NCBI GenBank assembly: GCA_000934665.2
Contig: KZ538263.1
Location: 62,001-90,128, forward strand
Direction of reading: 5' to 3'
Length of the DNA stretch: 28,128 nucleotides
Source: Catajapyx aquilonaris
Lineage: Eukaryota
The notes below the pieces were generated by a model. The model was not told the DNA's origin, ran no database searches, and was given only the letters and a program-made list of their open reading frames with translations. Below are positions 1 to 12,199 of this stretch, piece by piece (within the stretch, counting starts at the first letter, position 1; each line of letters begins with the position of its first letter). Position numbers and translations under genes: made by a program.

Positions 1-3000
1 CTGGCCCTCTGTTCCCTCTCTCGCCACATCTCCCGTTCCCTCTCTCGTTGGCGGGCAACCCTCTCCCTATCTCCTCCCCTGCCATCCCTGCCTCCACCTC
101 GGCCACCATCTCTGCCTCCCCTGCCTCTTTCCATTGACCTCCTGCGCCTGTCCCTCCCTGGAGACATTCGCCTTGGTGGGGAGCGCATGCCACGGGGAGA
201 AGGCGAACGTGACCCACCTCTCCTGCGCCTGTCACCATCCTGTCAAGAAAGAGAAACTATATTACACTCAAGACTGCTATCCAGCATGCATCCTTCCATC
301 AGGCTAATTAATATGCACAACTAAAAATGGTGTGCATTGCCTTGTATGACACGCAAGCATTGTAAAGGATGATGGCAGAATAAACAACTGGAATTATTAT
401 ATGCAAGAAACTGACCTTTCCCCTGGGGCCATCATCATCCCTCTCAGAATCAGTACTGGCATCTTTGTTGCTGCGGTAGTGCCTCTTTTTCTGCACACTG
501 TCCTCCTTCTTGTGTATCTCAAAATCCTCATCCTTCCCCCTCTTTCCCTTTCCTCCGCTGCTGCTGCGGTGGCTGCTCCCTCCACTTGAGGAAGAACTAG
601 TAGTACTGGCAGATCGTCGGCTGCCATGCCTCGGAGCAGCTGGGGAGTGAGAGCTGCTCCTCCTCTGTCCTACCCTTGGGCTGCCCCTAGATCGAGATCG
701 AGATCGAGAGCGAGATCTGGATGCAGATCGGCCAGGAGATGCAGACCTGGACTGGCTTCTTGACCTGGATTTGCCACCCTTCTGCTGGTGGTGATGGTTG
801 TGAGGCGGGGAGAATGAGTTGGAAGGCCGGCTGGAAAGTAAGATAATTCTTAGTCAATAAAATCTGCTTAATTAAACATGGTTGAAGGTTAAATTCATCA
901 TATACGTATGTCATGCGAAGTCAAGGTGGTTCAAATTATGTCAGCTCGTTGGCAATCAGAGGATCACTTTGTGTAGTGGTGTCAATTTGTCTGAGAAGCC
1001 TCGTTACGCAAATAAAATCCAAACCCAACATATGAAATATCCTGGAATAGGTATGCTTCCCTTCTTGCAGCCTTGCACTTTAAATATTGAAAATGTTGCC
1101 GTGAAATGAACTTAATGATCTTACGGGCCGTGTCAGGCAATAGAAGTGTCCTGAGCTGTATTGGCACCATAGAACATGGTGTAATGCACTATCATTTGAG
1201 TAATAATAATTTTCAGAGATAATGATAATGCAGTGCGTAAGGAAACCTCTCCTTATACCGGCATACCTCACTTAGACCAGCATGCCGGTATAGCCACCAC
1301 ATCGGGGATTTCTAATAACTGGTCGACCTCGAATGTGTAGGTAATATGGTAAGAAGATGACTGGGCATATTTAGCCAGTTCTCTGAATGTCTCTTTATCA
1401 TTTACTTACTTCTCCTTGCCATCTTCCTTCTCCTTCTTGATTTGCACTGGCTGATTATTATGACCTTCCTCTTTGGGTAGTGCCACACCATCATTCTCCT
1501 GACCTATGTGCAGCTCAGGCGTCTTTGACCTTGGCCTGAAATCACAAGGTAAACCGCACATGTAAGAAGAAACATTCCAATCTGCATCTGCAACAAGTCA
1601 TGATCAGTGTCATTCTCAAAACACCTACATAATGCACCTCCCAAACCAAAATGGTGACGGTTAGGGCCTGCTGAATAATTGTTCGCTGCTCTGGGTTTTG
1701 CTGAGCAATTACAGCACAATTGCATGTCATAAGCTAAGAAGACTGGGTGGTTACAACAGTAAAGGAGACAGTTAACATGGCACAAGTCATACTCAAAGCT
1801 ATCGTAATCACAAGATGTATTTGTCAGCTTTTCTCTCCAACTCGAGCACCTGACAAGCTGGTAGAACTGGACAGTACAGCTGGGATGTCCTGCATAACGC
1901 CACATACCCCTCTCAAATTTTGTGCAGCTAAAAAACACAATTTGTGTGCTCTGTGAGCTTTGCCTTTGCTACACAGCCCAACAGAGATCACAACTGCCCC
2001 TGGACAGGTATTTCAAGAATGTAGCACTCATCACGACTTATGTTACAACTTGTAGGAATAGTAATCCTTACTGCGGCTTGGGAGACTTGGTCGATTCCCG
2101 CTCTTTCTCAACACCCCTCCCTCGCTTATCATCCTTCTCTCCTCTGCGATCCTTCTCCCTTTCTCCCCTGTGATCACGATGCTTCTCCCTTGAATGACTC
2201 CTCCTCCTGTAATAACACCAAGGGCATTACAAATTGTCACGTACAAATAAAAATAAATACCCACCTCTCCCTATCCCGATCCTTCTCCCTCTCTCGGTGA
2301 CGATCACGATCCCTGTTACGCTCCCCTCCTCCTCCACGCTCACTCTTCTCCTCCTTGGCTGGTTTCAATCCATCCTCCTCTTCCTTCTCCTTCATCTTGT
2401 CCATGGTTTTTTTCAGGTTCTCCTGCATTTTCTCCTGCTCCTCCTATTTTTTTAAAAAAAAATCCACAATTATTTATATGCTTCAAAGCAAATCAGCACT
2501 ATTTACAACAATGTACAGTGCATCAATCTTCAGGGTAATGCATCCTATAAAAGTGCATAAAATTATATGACATGCCTTAGGCTGGTGCTGTTATGGTATA
2601 AAGTAAAAGGAGGTGAAGGCTAGGAGCCGAGAGCCTTGTTCTACATTCATAGAACTCCTACCATAGGATAATTCTTGCCTTCATTTAAAAACAACAAAAG
2701 CGCAACCCCACTTTTGTCAAATGTCCCCTCTTAACGACAAGCTGCATAATAAATAGCACGTTTCTGTTTGGCGCTTGACCATCGGCACATGACACAATAC
2801 CAACTTACCATTCGCTTCTTAATTTCCTCCTTTTTTTGTTCAAGGAACTGGGCTGGAATCCCGCTCACGCTGTCCTGCGCTGACAGAAGAAGGTCCCACA
2901 GCTCTCCCATGAAGTTGCGTGCATTGCGGCCGTTCAGGAAGCCAGTCAGGTTGATCTGCATCTTCTTAGGATCAGGGGTCTGCAAAAAGCCAGGTGGGAA

Positions 3001-6000
3001 GCGGGCCCAGTGCATTTCAAGTTGCTCCCAACACACCTCTGGAACAGAAAAACATCACAGGAGGCAAAACAACTTGCCTTGGAAATGCCGAGACATTTCC
3101 ACCCACATCTACTTCCCCTGTGACATTTTCTAAGAGTATTCTTTTCATTCCCACCTTCCCATCTTATTCCTAGAGCCAAAATTTAACCACCAAATAGTAG
3201 CCCCATTGCAAGCAGGGCAAGAGTGATTTTCACCCTGCGCTTGCACTATTAATCAATCATATTATTCTCAAGCCAGCAGGGAGACCAAACGGTTACCTCA
3301 CGGACTTTGGTGCATACAATGGAATCTCGGGTGAATCCATAAAATACCACCTGTACCAAACGATGTCCAAACTTTGGTCGAGTCACTTCTTTCTTCATCT
3401 TCTCTCCTAGAATACTGAATTGAACCCCAGTATGAGTAGAATCAAGGGTGTAAAATGAGGAAACAGGATAACCTAAGCTCTTCCATTTCAAAGTATTGTT
3501 TCAGTACAGTGGGTGTAATAATGTTTTGCCATTACAGACTCCTAATATGCTCAGAGCTGTACAAGAGATTATTTAATGCTCATAAGTTTCTGATCCACAG
3601 CCGCATTAATTAAAACTGAATTGTGGCATAATGCAGAAATATTACGCAAAATTGTGCGTTACAAATTTATTTTAGGATGTTATGTCAACAGTTGCACAAC
3701 ACGAAGCCCTCAATAGGTCAAATGCACACTGGTACATGACTTTAATATGCAAAAAAGTTGATCAATTCACCTTCACATGCACTATGTCAGCAATAATAGA
3801 AACACCTTCTAAATGCAAGGTGATGACCTCTCCCCTCTGTAACGGCTCACATTATATGAACACACACACATGCACATCCACACATACTATTTCAAACTTC
3901 TGACCTTCAGTTAAAAGAATCATGTTGATGGCTGATCCAGCAAAGCCTTACTATATTATGAATAAAGAGTGGAATTTTCGTCCCACTGCTATATATATCT
4001 AGTTACTGTTAACTTAGCAGTAACACTGCCAACACTGGTACTGCTAAGTTAGTAGCAACTAGCAGTGGGGCAAAAATTCCGCCCAAAGTAGTTTATAAAT
4101 AGGCTTATTCTTCCACCTTATCACAAAGTTCCTGGTATGCAAGTACTACTTATTCTAGCATCAGTCAAGATAAAAAATTATTATTGTAACAGAGATGGCA
4201 AAAGAGGTATTTTAGAGTGTAAGAATCCCTTTATATGTGATGGCCTAAGATTGATCTCAATAGCAATTTTCTGTTCTTCTCAAGAAATCACAATAATCCA
4301 TAAATGGGACACTAAAAATAAAAATAAAGACCCAAAGCCTATGTAACATCAATGTCTAAGGCACTAGCATCAAGCTGAAAAGACACCCAGAAGCATGACG
4401 CATTGCCTCAAGCCATCTCTATGCACGATTCTAAATACAGTAAAAACCTCGATATAACGCTCCCGCATATAACGATTTCCCATTTTAAACGACCCTTTTT
4501 CCGGTCCCTTGATCATTTCCATAAGGCAAATTTTCCCGCATATAACGCTATTTAGGGCGGTACCTTAATGCGTTATGTTGAGGTTTTACTGTAGTACACA
4601 ATTTCGTAATAAATCATTCAACATGTAAGTCATACCTAACATTACCATAATAATCTTGATTTACTGAAAATAAACGTGACTATCAAATGACACGAAACTG
4701 AAACTGCACGTGATACAAACACAAGGAGAAAGAGCCTTCCTAGACTTTGAATACTCAAACTAGATTAATAGACTTTAACATTTTCCTTTCCCATTAAAGC
4801 TGAAGGTTTAAGACATGTTCACAAGCTCACAAAAATCGTTCATAGCGAGTGTGAGCAGATTCTCGCACCCTGTTCATTCACTGACTTCTTGCCCATCTTC
4901 CTGCCTTTTCTTACAAAATGTCTTGAACTTGCTCAAAAACAATGGTTCTCATGAACTTGTGAACATGCCTGAAGTGTTACGGCGGCAGCAGTACTATTTG
5001 TATGGAAATTATGTACAATCCAACACTCCAGGCACCTATCCTCAACTTAAGCTTGTAACTTCTGAATTGATAGATCATTAGCGATAACCTAAATATTAAA
5101 GAGAGGTTAAAATATAGCGATAACGTGACTACTCCTTCAGTTGGATGAACGGATACAAAAAATGTTCGCACATTCTACAGAAAAGAGCTACAAATATAAG
5201 GCAATAAAGTACACTATATCATGCAAGTAGACAGAAATATAACTATCCTATAGGATGCAGCGTATGTGTTCTGTTGCTGGCAAAATATGCCACTCGCTGG
5301 CACCCCCCTGCCCCCCAATCTTGCCAGACTGGACCATATGTCCACATAAATCCACCCATCAGCCTGCAGTCACACGGAAGCAAGGGGTACCAACCTTGGC
5401 TACCGGCTGCAGCCAGCAGGCCAGGAAGCGAGCCATCTGCAGTCTAGGAGGAAGCAATCAAGTCAAGAAGGCAACAGTCCTGGAGTAACGGAGGGAGAGA
5501 GATCCATGTGACCAGCAGGGGTTGAAAATGAGCATGCGCAATGTTGCCACATCAGGGCAGACCGAAGCTGTTGCGGCGGCTACTGATGGCAGTTACTGCT
5601 GGCTGTTGCGGCGGCTACTGCTGCAGCTACTGCTGGCTGTTGCGGCGGCTACTGCTGCAGCTACTGCTTTCTGTTGCGGCAGCTACTGCTGCAGTTGCTG
5701 CTTTCTGTTGTGGCGGCTACTGCTGCAGCTACTGCTTGCTGTTATTGCTGCTCCATTGGTGGAGGGGAATCCTGAGCCTGATCCTTGACCGGAAATTCCA
5801 TCTCCAGAAGTGAAGATTTACGATGTGGACAATCCCAACCACAGTGCAAGCTCCTGCTCCTCACGCTCTCTCCCTTTCCGTCCGTGTGTCTCTGTGTCAA
5901 CCTTTCTTCCGCTCCTCTGCGCAAGGATGGGGTTCGATACTCTTTCTCCGTGCTAAGGGGGTGGTGGGGTGGTAGGTGACCTCATGCCTCTAGTCTCTCA

Positions 6001-9000
6001 TTGAGACTGGCGTGCAAAAATGACCAGTGCTATTTTCTTAACTCACGCTATGCTTCAGGATACCCTTTTCTGGCAAACCTCAACCCAAAATTCTTCCTGA
6101 CAGACCAGTCCCCCTCCCTTCCTACTCTCTTTATCTTTTGAAAGCTGCATTTTTCCCTCCCAGAAAATAATAAATAAATAAAGCCTACATTGTTGCATCC
6201 TCACGCCTTTTAATGACACAACTCAAGTCAGCCAACCTGTCAAGGAATTGCTCCTTTCAAGGGGCTGACTTGGTTGGGTGTGAAGCTCACACTGTTAGAT
6301 CTACTATTGTCTGGAAAATCTTTACTCCGTAGCAGTCACATGCTAAGATCAGGGATTCTGCAGCCCACTGCCTATTCGAGGGTTACGAGTTTCTTGTACT
6401 GGTACTCTACCAAATTCTCTATCTAGAAGCAGTAATAACGCAGCAGAATCCCTGACAGGTGCACCAGATGCCCTTTGGCCAGGTCATCTAATACTGAATT
6501 AGTTTTCTCGCACCAAGGTGGAGCATATGACCAGTCCTTCATGACTACAAAAGCTGCTTATGTAGCAAAAATTGCAAGAACTTTCATAACCTGGAATTAC
6601 AGTATCAACTATAGGCAGCATTAGCACTTAATTTTATGCATATCAGGTAACTTCAAAAACTAATCAAGTTACTTTCTTCCATGTCAGGAACTTGAAAACT
6701 CGACATCCCTTCCAGGCAATGAAATGTGGTTGCAATTTTCTAAACAGGTCCTGATCACCCATGCATTAAAGATTATTTGCTCTCAACACTTGAAGTAAAT
6801 TGTACTTAGGAAATAAATTTCACCATGTTACGATGGTCTTATCAGAATCATACCTAAAAATGAACACGTCACTAACTGCCAAATTACATTACAGGCCTGG
6901 TTTGGAGAGAACAAAAAATGTACACTGCTGGACATAATAGCAGGATCCTTGTCAATTCGCCTGTATTTTTTTCGGACAATATATTCTCAGCTGATTTGTT
7001 CCACCTAGGCCTGCGTTTTTATCCTCCCTTGAATTCACACGCCTCACAGCAAGGCTAGGCCCGCTCAATGGCTTCAATTACTAAGCTGGAAGCCCTTGCA
7101 TGATCTCAACTGTCATTGACTATCTGCTTGAGATGTTAATAATTTGGACCTTGCAACTTTGTCACACAACACATCCACATCTGGTATATGTCAGAGCTTT
7201 TCACCACGACTTGTAACAACAGATGCTACCGTGGGGGTGCTTGTTTCAAATTTTCCTTTGTCTAAAAAAAAAAACAGGTCCTGGTAAGATCCTTTCTTGT
7301 AAACGTTCCAATGCTATTCATCACTTTAAACTGGAATCATCCTCATGCTACTCACCAAGCTGAAATTTGCATAACTTCAACTGCCACGCTCTTTCCCCCA
7401 TTCACAATAGCTACACCCAGGCCTTACTAGGCCAACATCACATTGGAGAAAACAACTGAAGTACTACACTGCACAGGTTCCTGATAGATTCCTTCCAGTT
7501 GTGATTAATTGCTTATTAAGCCTGGTTGCATTAACCGTACTCTGCCATGCAGTCTGCACGAAAACTACACTCAGTGGACAGAATGCATGTAAATTTGAAG
7601 GTACTCATTAAAACCTGAAAAACCTAAATTCCCTGCACGTGACATTAATCAATTTGCGGAATGTTACACTGCTGTTTCCCCCCCATCTGTATGAGCACTG
7701 AACTATGCAAAATTAAGCCCTATTAACACACCCTCTTATCCTTGCTGCAGTTTAGCACTGCTTTTACTGACATTTCTGCCATCCCAAGGACAAATGCCCT
7801 ATCTACAAAACCAGTAAGGACACTTTCGTCCTTACAGTTACTGGTTTTGTAGATAGGGCGTTTCTCCTTAAATGGCACATTTAGAGCCTTGTCATGGTGC
7901 AAAACCAATTTGTCTACATAAGACTTAAATGTTGCAGTACACAGAATGGTAACAGTGAAAGCCCATCTCTACACTGTTAAGAATGCTACATGGTAGCATC
8001 CCAAATAACAGGCAAGCATCTCCATCCATTTGCAAGAAATATCAAACAGGATGAAAACAAGGCACCAAAAATTGAGGTGTGGAGCTCAGCACCAATATCA
8101 AACAAAATGTAAAAATCAAAATCATGAAAAAATTTAACACCCTCTAAACGAGTCGATCACACTGATTGGACGCCTTAAATACCTTTTCAGCCTCAAGTTG
8201 GTTGAAGACAAATTCCACCACCACGTCATCCTCCATCTGCAGGTGCTCAGTTATCTTCTGTGCTATCCACGGCTTGATGACATCCAGCTTCACCTTGCTC
8301 ATGTCCACCTAGAAAATATGAGCTTGGTAAATAACAATTTGAGAGTAAATCTGACACTCAATAAGGCTCATTTTTAGTTATCACTAATATTGCCCAAAGT
8401 AGTCACTTTTGTGTAGATTGTTGCACCCCGATCCAGGTGTCCAATTACTCCCAGTCAAATATAGCGGTTTCTATGATTTAGGGCACCTGGTTCAGGGTGC
8501 AACAAGCAGAAAAAAGTAACAGCTGTCAGTGAATTTTCCTATACCTAAAAGGATTAATATACTGTTGAATCCTGATATAATACACTTCAAGGGACAGCAA
8601 GGAAAAGTCTGTTATAGCCAAATTGCCTCTGCTTTCCATGTGCTTATAACGCCCACTACTGCACACATTAGTGAAACAATCCACAAAAATGTAAAATTAG
8701 ATCATCCGTAAATTACTCAGGGCCAAAAAAAATCTAATTTTCTTCTGCCTTCCCCTTGTTGCCAAATATACCAGAAAAATTATGATTTTGAGTAGCTTAG
8801 ATCAGCGACATATCTGCCGTCAGATGAAATTGACCATAAATCAAAAACTAGTAAGGGTGAAAGTCGCATGGACGCAAATCCCCTCCGAGTCAGGGGGGAT
8901 TAGTGCAGGGCATGCATGCAACTTTCACCCCTACTAGCTTCTGAGTAAGCCTGCTACACAAATTCGGCAGAAGGCTGAGCGGGCGGAAAACATGCGATTG

Positions 9001-9873
9001 GGGTGCGGAATGTGAGCAGTGGAAATTCACAAATTTGGCGGTGGCGCTGCAGGCGGAATCTGGTGCGATGGGAATCGCTCAAGTCCAACTGTATGGACTT
9101 TGCGGTTCCCACTGCTCAGGTTCCGCACCCCAAACCAGGCCCCCAAACGCACTCTTGCCGCCCACTCAGCCTTCCGCCGAATTTTTTAAGCAGGCTTTAC
9201 GGTCTTCATTCACCTGACAACAGAGATGCGAAATCCCCCCNCCCCCCCCCAGTAATTCTCTGCCGTCCTCTGCATGAGAAAGGTGATACTAAAAAACCGC
9301 ACATTTTCCCACTGAGGACCCAAGAAACAGTCTGTTAAACCCATGGTGAGGTGAAAATCAGCACGTTATATCAGGAATAAAAATACACCGGGCCTTATGG
9401 AAGTAAGCCAGGACAGTGATAATCGAGTCTGTTATATCCAGACTGTACTAATAACACCCTGTATAAAAAGGAATGCTACATCCTAGCCATGCATCAAGTC
9501 CCCTCTTGAGGATGCTTAATTTCCCTTACTTTCTTAGACAGGTTGTCGGCAAACCGCATCTGCTTCAGCAGCTTCTTCTCCTTGTCGCTGAAGCGGTTGT
9601 CCTGCTCCGCCGACGTCCCCTGCAATGCCGAAATCAAATCATCAACACTCATCGAATGGTACAATATGGCATATTTTCCCCCATTTTTTCTTTCTTTTCA
9701 GTCCCAAGCCGGCCTCCCACCCGGCTACAAGATGGTCGTTCCCGGGGTGGGGGGGGCCATGCACCCCTCCTCCCACACACACACTGTATATTCTCTCTCT
9801 TCCCCCTTTTCCCCTCCTCAAAACAGCCAAGCAGCCCCTGCGTTCTCACCCGGAAGAATCCAGCGTCCGTCAT
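1..9873 (-). CDS. SRRM1: Serine/arginine repetitive matrix protein 1 (SRm160), PWI domain plus RS-rich region; 3' end lies outside the window
   Basis: Phase-consistent GT-AG exons: 9873-9850 (MTDAGFFR), 9619-9530 (GTSAEQDNRFSDKEKKLLKQMRFADNLSKK), 8308-8183 (VDMSKVKLDVIKPWIAQKITEHLQMEDDVVVEFVFNQLEAEK, includes PWI), 2979-2809 (TPDPKKMQINLTGFLNGRNARNFMGELWDLLLSAQ...), 2443-2265, 2206-2072, 1535-1410, 830-416 (SRSRSRSRS) and 239-<1. The N-terminus matches the well-known SRm160 PWI domain. Confidence 0.96.
1241..1351. mobile_element. Partial second copy of the 27.3-27.8 kb element, in an SRRM1 intron
   Basis: 42-nt exact inverted match to 27371-27412 and a similar terminus (AGGTAATATGGTA versus AGGTAATACAGTA). 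Confidence 0.6.
3971..4080. mobile_element. Foldback / MITE-like hairpin
   Basis: GGAATTTTCGTCCCACTGCTA...TAGCAGTGGGGCAAAAATTCC, plus inner arms AACTTAGCAGTA and TACTGCTAAGTT. Confidence 0.65.
4438..4591. mobile_element. Tc1/mariner-pogo-type MITE
   Basis: Imperfect TIRs CAGTAAAAACCTCGATATAACGC and GCGTTATGTTGAGGTTTTACTG, flanked by a TA duplication (4436-4437, 4592-4593). Confidence 0.8.
5568..5752. repeat. 34-bp CTG/CAG-rich minisatellite, about 5.5 copies, in SRRM1 intron 3
   Basis: Unit CTGTTGCGGCGGCTACTGCTGCAGCTACTGCT(GG/TT) repeated in tandem. Confidence 0.9.
6349..6455. mobile_element. Small MITE-like element
   Basis: 13-bp perfect inverted repeat TCAGGGATTCTGC and GCAGAATCCCTGA. 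Confidence 0.45.
7796..7859. repeat. Perfect 22-bp inverted repeat (hairpin, MITE remnant)
   Basis: GCCCTATCTACAAAACCAGTAA ... TTACTGGTTTTGTAGATAGGGC. Confidence 0.75.
8418..8505. mobile_element. MITE-like hairpin
   Basis: TTGTTGCACCCCGATCCAGGTGTCC and GGGCACCTGGTTCAGGGTGCAACAA form an imperfect inverted repeat. Confidence 0.6.
8848..8937. mobile_element. MITE-like hairpin
   Basis: CTAGTAAGGGTGAAAGTCGCATG and CATGCAACTTTCACCCCTACTAG form an inverted repeat. Confidence 0.6.
8945..9200. mobile_element. Long foldback MITE
   Basis: Arms AAGCCTGCTACACAAATTCGGCAGAAGGCTGAGCGGGCGG...GGGGTGCGGAATGTGAGCAGTGG pair with CCACTGCTCAGGTTCCGCACCCC...CCGCCCACTCAGCCTTCCGCCGAATTTTTTAAGCAGGCTT. Confidence 0.7.
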
Positions 9874-10260
9874 GGTGTCGCTCTGCACTGGGGAAGGGAC
9901 GGGGCCCCCTTCCTCACTCGGACAGCCGGAAAAAGAACGCCTTCCTTTCCCTTCCTTTTCCACCCGGACTCCCTTTTCCTCCTCCTCTCCCCCTCCCCCT
10001 TCGGCTTCATCCCCCTCCGACGGGGGCCGGTAAAGCACAGCAGCTACTCGCCTATCCAGAAAGCAGCTATAGGAACGTGCATCCATCAAAAGGGGAGAGG
10101 CACAGCTAATATGAATTGTAGCTGCGATTTGTAGCCGCTGCTTTAACGGCTGTTTGACCCCATCGAATCCGGCGTAGTTTGGGGTCACGTGATTTGTTTG
10201 GAGAGGCGGTGTTGCCAGAATGTGCGAGTGATTTCCCGCTCTGATTGTTCTCTGTTGCGG
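9874..10260 (-). promoter_or_regulatory. SRRM1 5' UTR and promoter region
   Basis: GC/CpG-richer, purine-rich leader upstream of the ATG, with a palindromic TCACGTGA E-box at about 10185-10192. Confidence 0.4.
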
Positions 10261-10319
10261 CCTGCAATTTATTTGTGCGAAATAGGAATTCGCACAGCCA
10301 CTATTTTTACAACCGAACT

Positions 10320-10384
10320 TTAGAAGCGCTTTTTGTTAGAGAGAAGGCGGCTTTAGAAGCTCTCTATAACAAAAGGGCTTCTAA
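10320..10384. repeat. Hairpin between the EPHX stop codon and the SRRM1 5' end
   Basis: TTAGAAGCGCTTTTTGTTAGAGAG and CTCTCTATAACAAAAGGGCTTCTAA form an imperfect inverted repeat. Confidence 0.6.
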
Positions 10385-10478
10385 TCTACGAGCAAACGGA
10401 GCAAACAAAGAATCCAGCTAATTATTTTTTCATCCAGCATATGTTGTAATGTACTGTACTGTACAAGCATAACGACAC

Positions 10479-11781
10479 TCAATTCCTGTGCAAGAAGTCC
10501 CTGATGTACGTGTTGACCTCTTGAGGATGATCTTGATGTACCCAATGAGACGCTCCGTGTACAGGTCGAAGGCACCAGTGCTGCACATATTCAGTGGAAT
10601 TGTAGGCCATGGCCGAGGAGAGGTGAATGTCCTTCATTCCCCAGATGATCAATGTCCTCACCTTGACCTGGGGGTCACTTATAGAATCGTACAAGCCACC
10701 TGCTCTGTAGTAGTTAATTGGACCCGTGAAGGCACCTGTCCAGCAGACAAAATTGAGAGTTCACTGACTCATAATCATTACACCACGTGCACATTACCTG
10801 GAGAAGAGTACATGTACCGATAGACTTCGATGTCCTCGGAGCTGATTCGACTCCAGCCCTGACCCGTGAGCCAGAACAGAGCATGGAAGAGTATGTCCCG
10901 AATGCCCCACAAGAATAGTTCTGGAGCCAGAGGAATCTGGAAGAAGGTCATGTAGAAAGACATCAGAGTCTGCCACACGCTCCGTTTGATGAATGTCACG
11001 AAGGCTGACGGATGAGGATAGTTGAGCACGATCAGCTGCTGGACCATCTCAGGGTGTCGAATGGCCATTGACCAAGCCAGGACACCACCCCAGTCGTGAC
11101 CAGCCAAGATGCACTGATCCCTGCCTGTACAACAATGCAACAGATTGTGCTCAACGTGAAATGTACGACACAGGGAACAATATCAGCAATAACATGTACT
11201 TACCCAAGTGAAGTATTAAGTGATGAATGTCGTCCAGAACAATGTCAAGCCTGTATTTTCCTGCTCCTGAAGGTTTTTCAGAGTCGCCAAAACCTCGGAG
11301 GTCGACTGCCACCACCCTGACAATACCAGAATTGGTCTGATTCGGTATGAAACACCTTATATGATATTGAGACTTTACCAGTATTTGTCGCTGAGGTCCA
11401 GAATCTGATGCCTCCAAGAGTACCAAAATTCGGGGAATCCATGGAGAAGCAGCAGAAGAGGCCTGTCTCTATTGCCCTTCTCTACGTAATGCAGCTTCAC
11501 ATCCTGAAACACAGAACAGTCAGTACCTATACAACGAGTGAGATGACCACCCTGACCTTAAGTTTGGTGTACGAGTGTTGACCCCAACGTGGGTTGTCCA
11601 GCGTCTCCGGACGTTTGTCTTGCTGTGGGAATCCAACAAACCTTCCAAGGATATTCCTGATGATGGCCCAGGTCACCACCAATGGGGTCAGGAACAAGAT
11701 GACCCCACAAATCGGAACAACCAGAACCCAATGCACCAGCAGTGGTGCCAGTTCCGTTCTGGTATGGCCCATTGCACTCAT
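10479..11781 (-). CDS. EPHX4: Epoxide hydrolase 3/4-like alpha/beta hydrolase with N-terminal membrane anchor
   Basis: Exons 11781-11557, 11503-11379, 11316-11204, 11124-10798 and 10735-10479, all in phase. Motifs: hydrophobic N-terminus, HGFPEFWYSWRHQ (oxyanion HGxP), DLRGFGDS, GHDWGG (nucleophile Asp), PINYYRA (lid Tyr), WGMKD (acid) and ASHWVHQD (His). EPHX3 versus EPHX4 orthology cannot be resolved by eye. Confidence 0.9.
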
Positions 11782-12199
11782 TAAAATGTAATGTCTCCCC
11801 TAAGCTGTTACCATTAAGACCTTATGTGCCAACAGTGGTAATCTGCACTGCAATACAAATTATCCTCACATTCTTACCACCTTGAGCACATGTAATGACC
11901 ACCAAAATGCAGCGTTTGCAATCTGACCTTGAATAATATCTCACACAGGATCAGAATAATTATACTGATACCGTGTAATTATCTCATGCACTGTTTCGCA
12001 CCTTATAATTTTGCAGAAAAACACGCAAGATACTCGGGCAACCACCCGTTGTAAGCAAGACACAAATTCAGTAGGGAAATTGAATATTCAGCATAATGCG
12101 TATAATGCAAAATGGGGCGAATATGGAAGATAAACATGGTAATTCACGTTGCAAATTTATTCTGGTTGATATTAGTCACACTGCTCCAGCGAGCAAAAT

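Noticed and set aside
5522..5813. Cys/Ala/Leu-rich ORFs resembling metallothionein or keratin-associated proteins
   Set aside because: Artefact of the 34-bp minisatellite, whose unit length is not a multiple of three.
9235..9250. Poly-C run containing an N
   Set aside because: Sequencing ambiguity in a homopolymer.
9473..10188. Long ORFs around the SRRM1 start, including an apparent N-terminal extension
   Set aside because: They cross the 5' UTR and intron 1; the conserved start is MTDAGFFR, followed by a GT donor.
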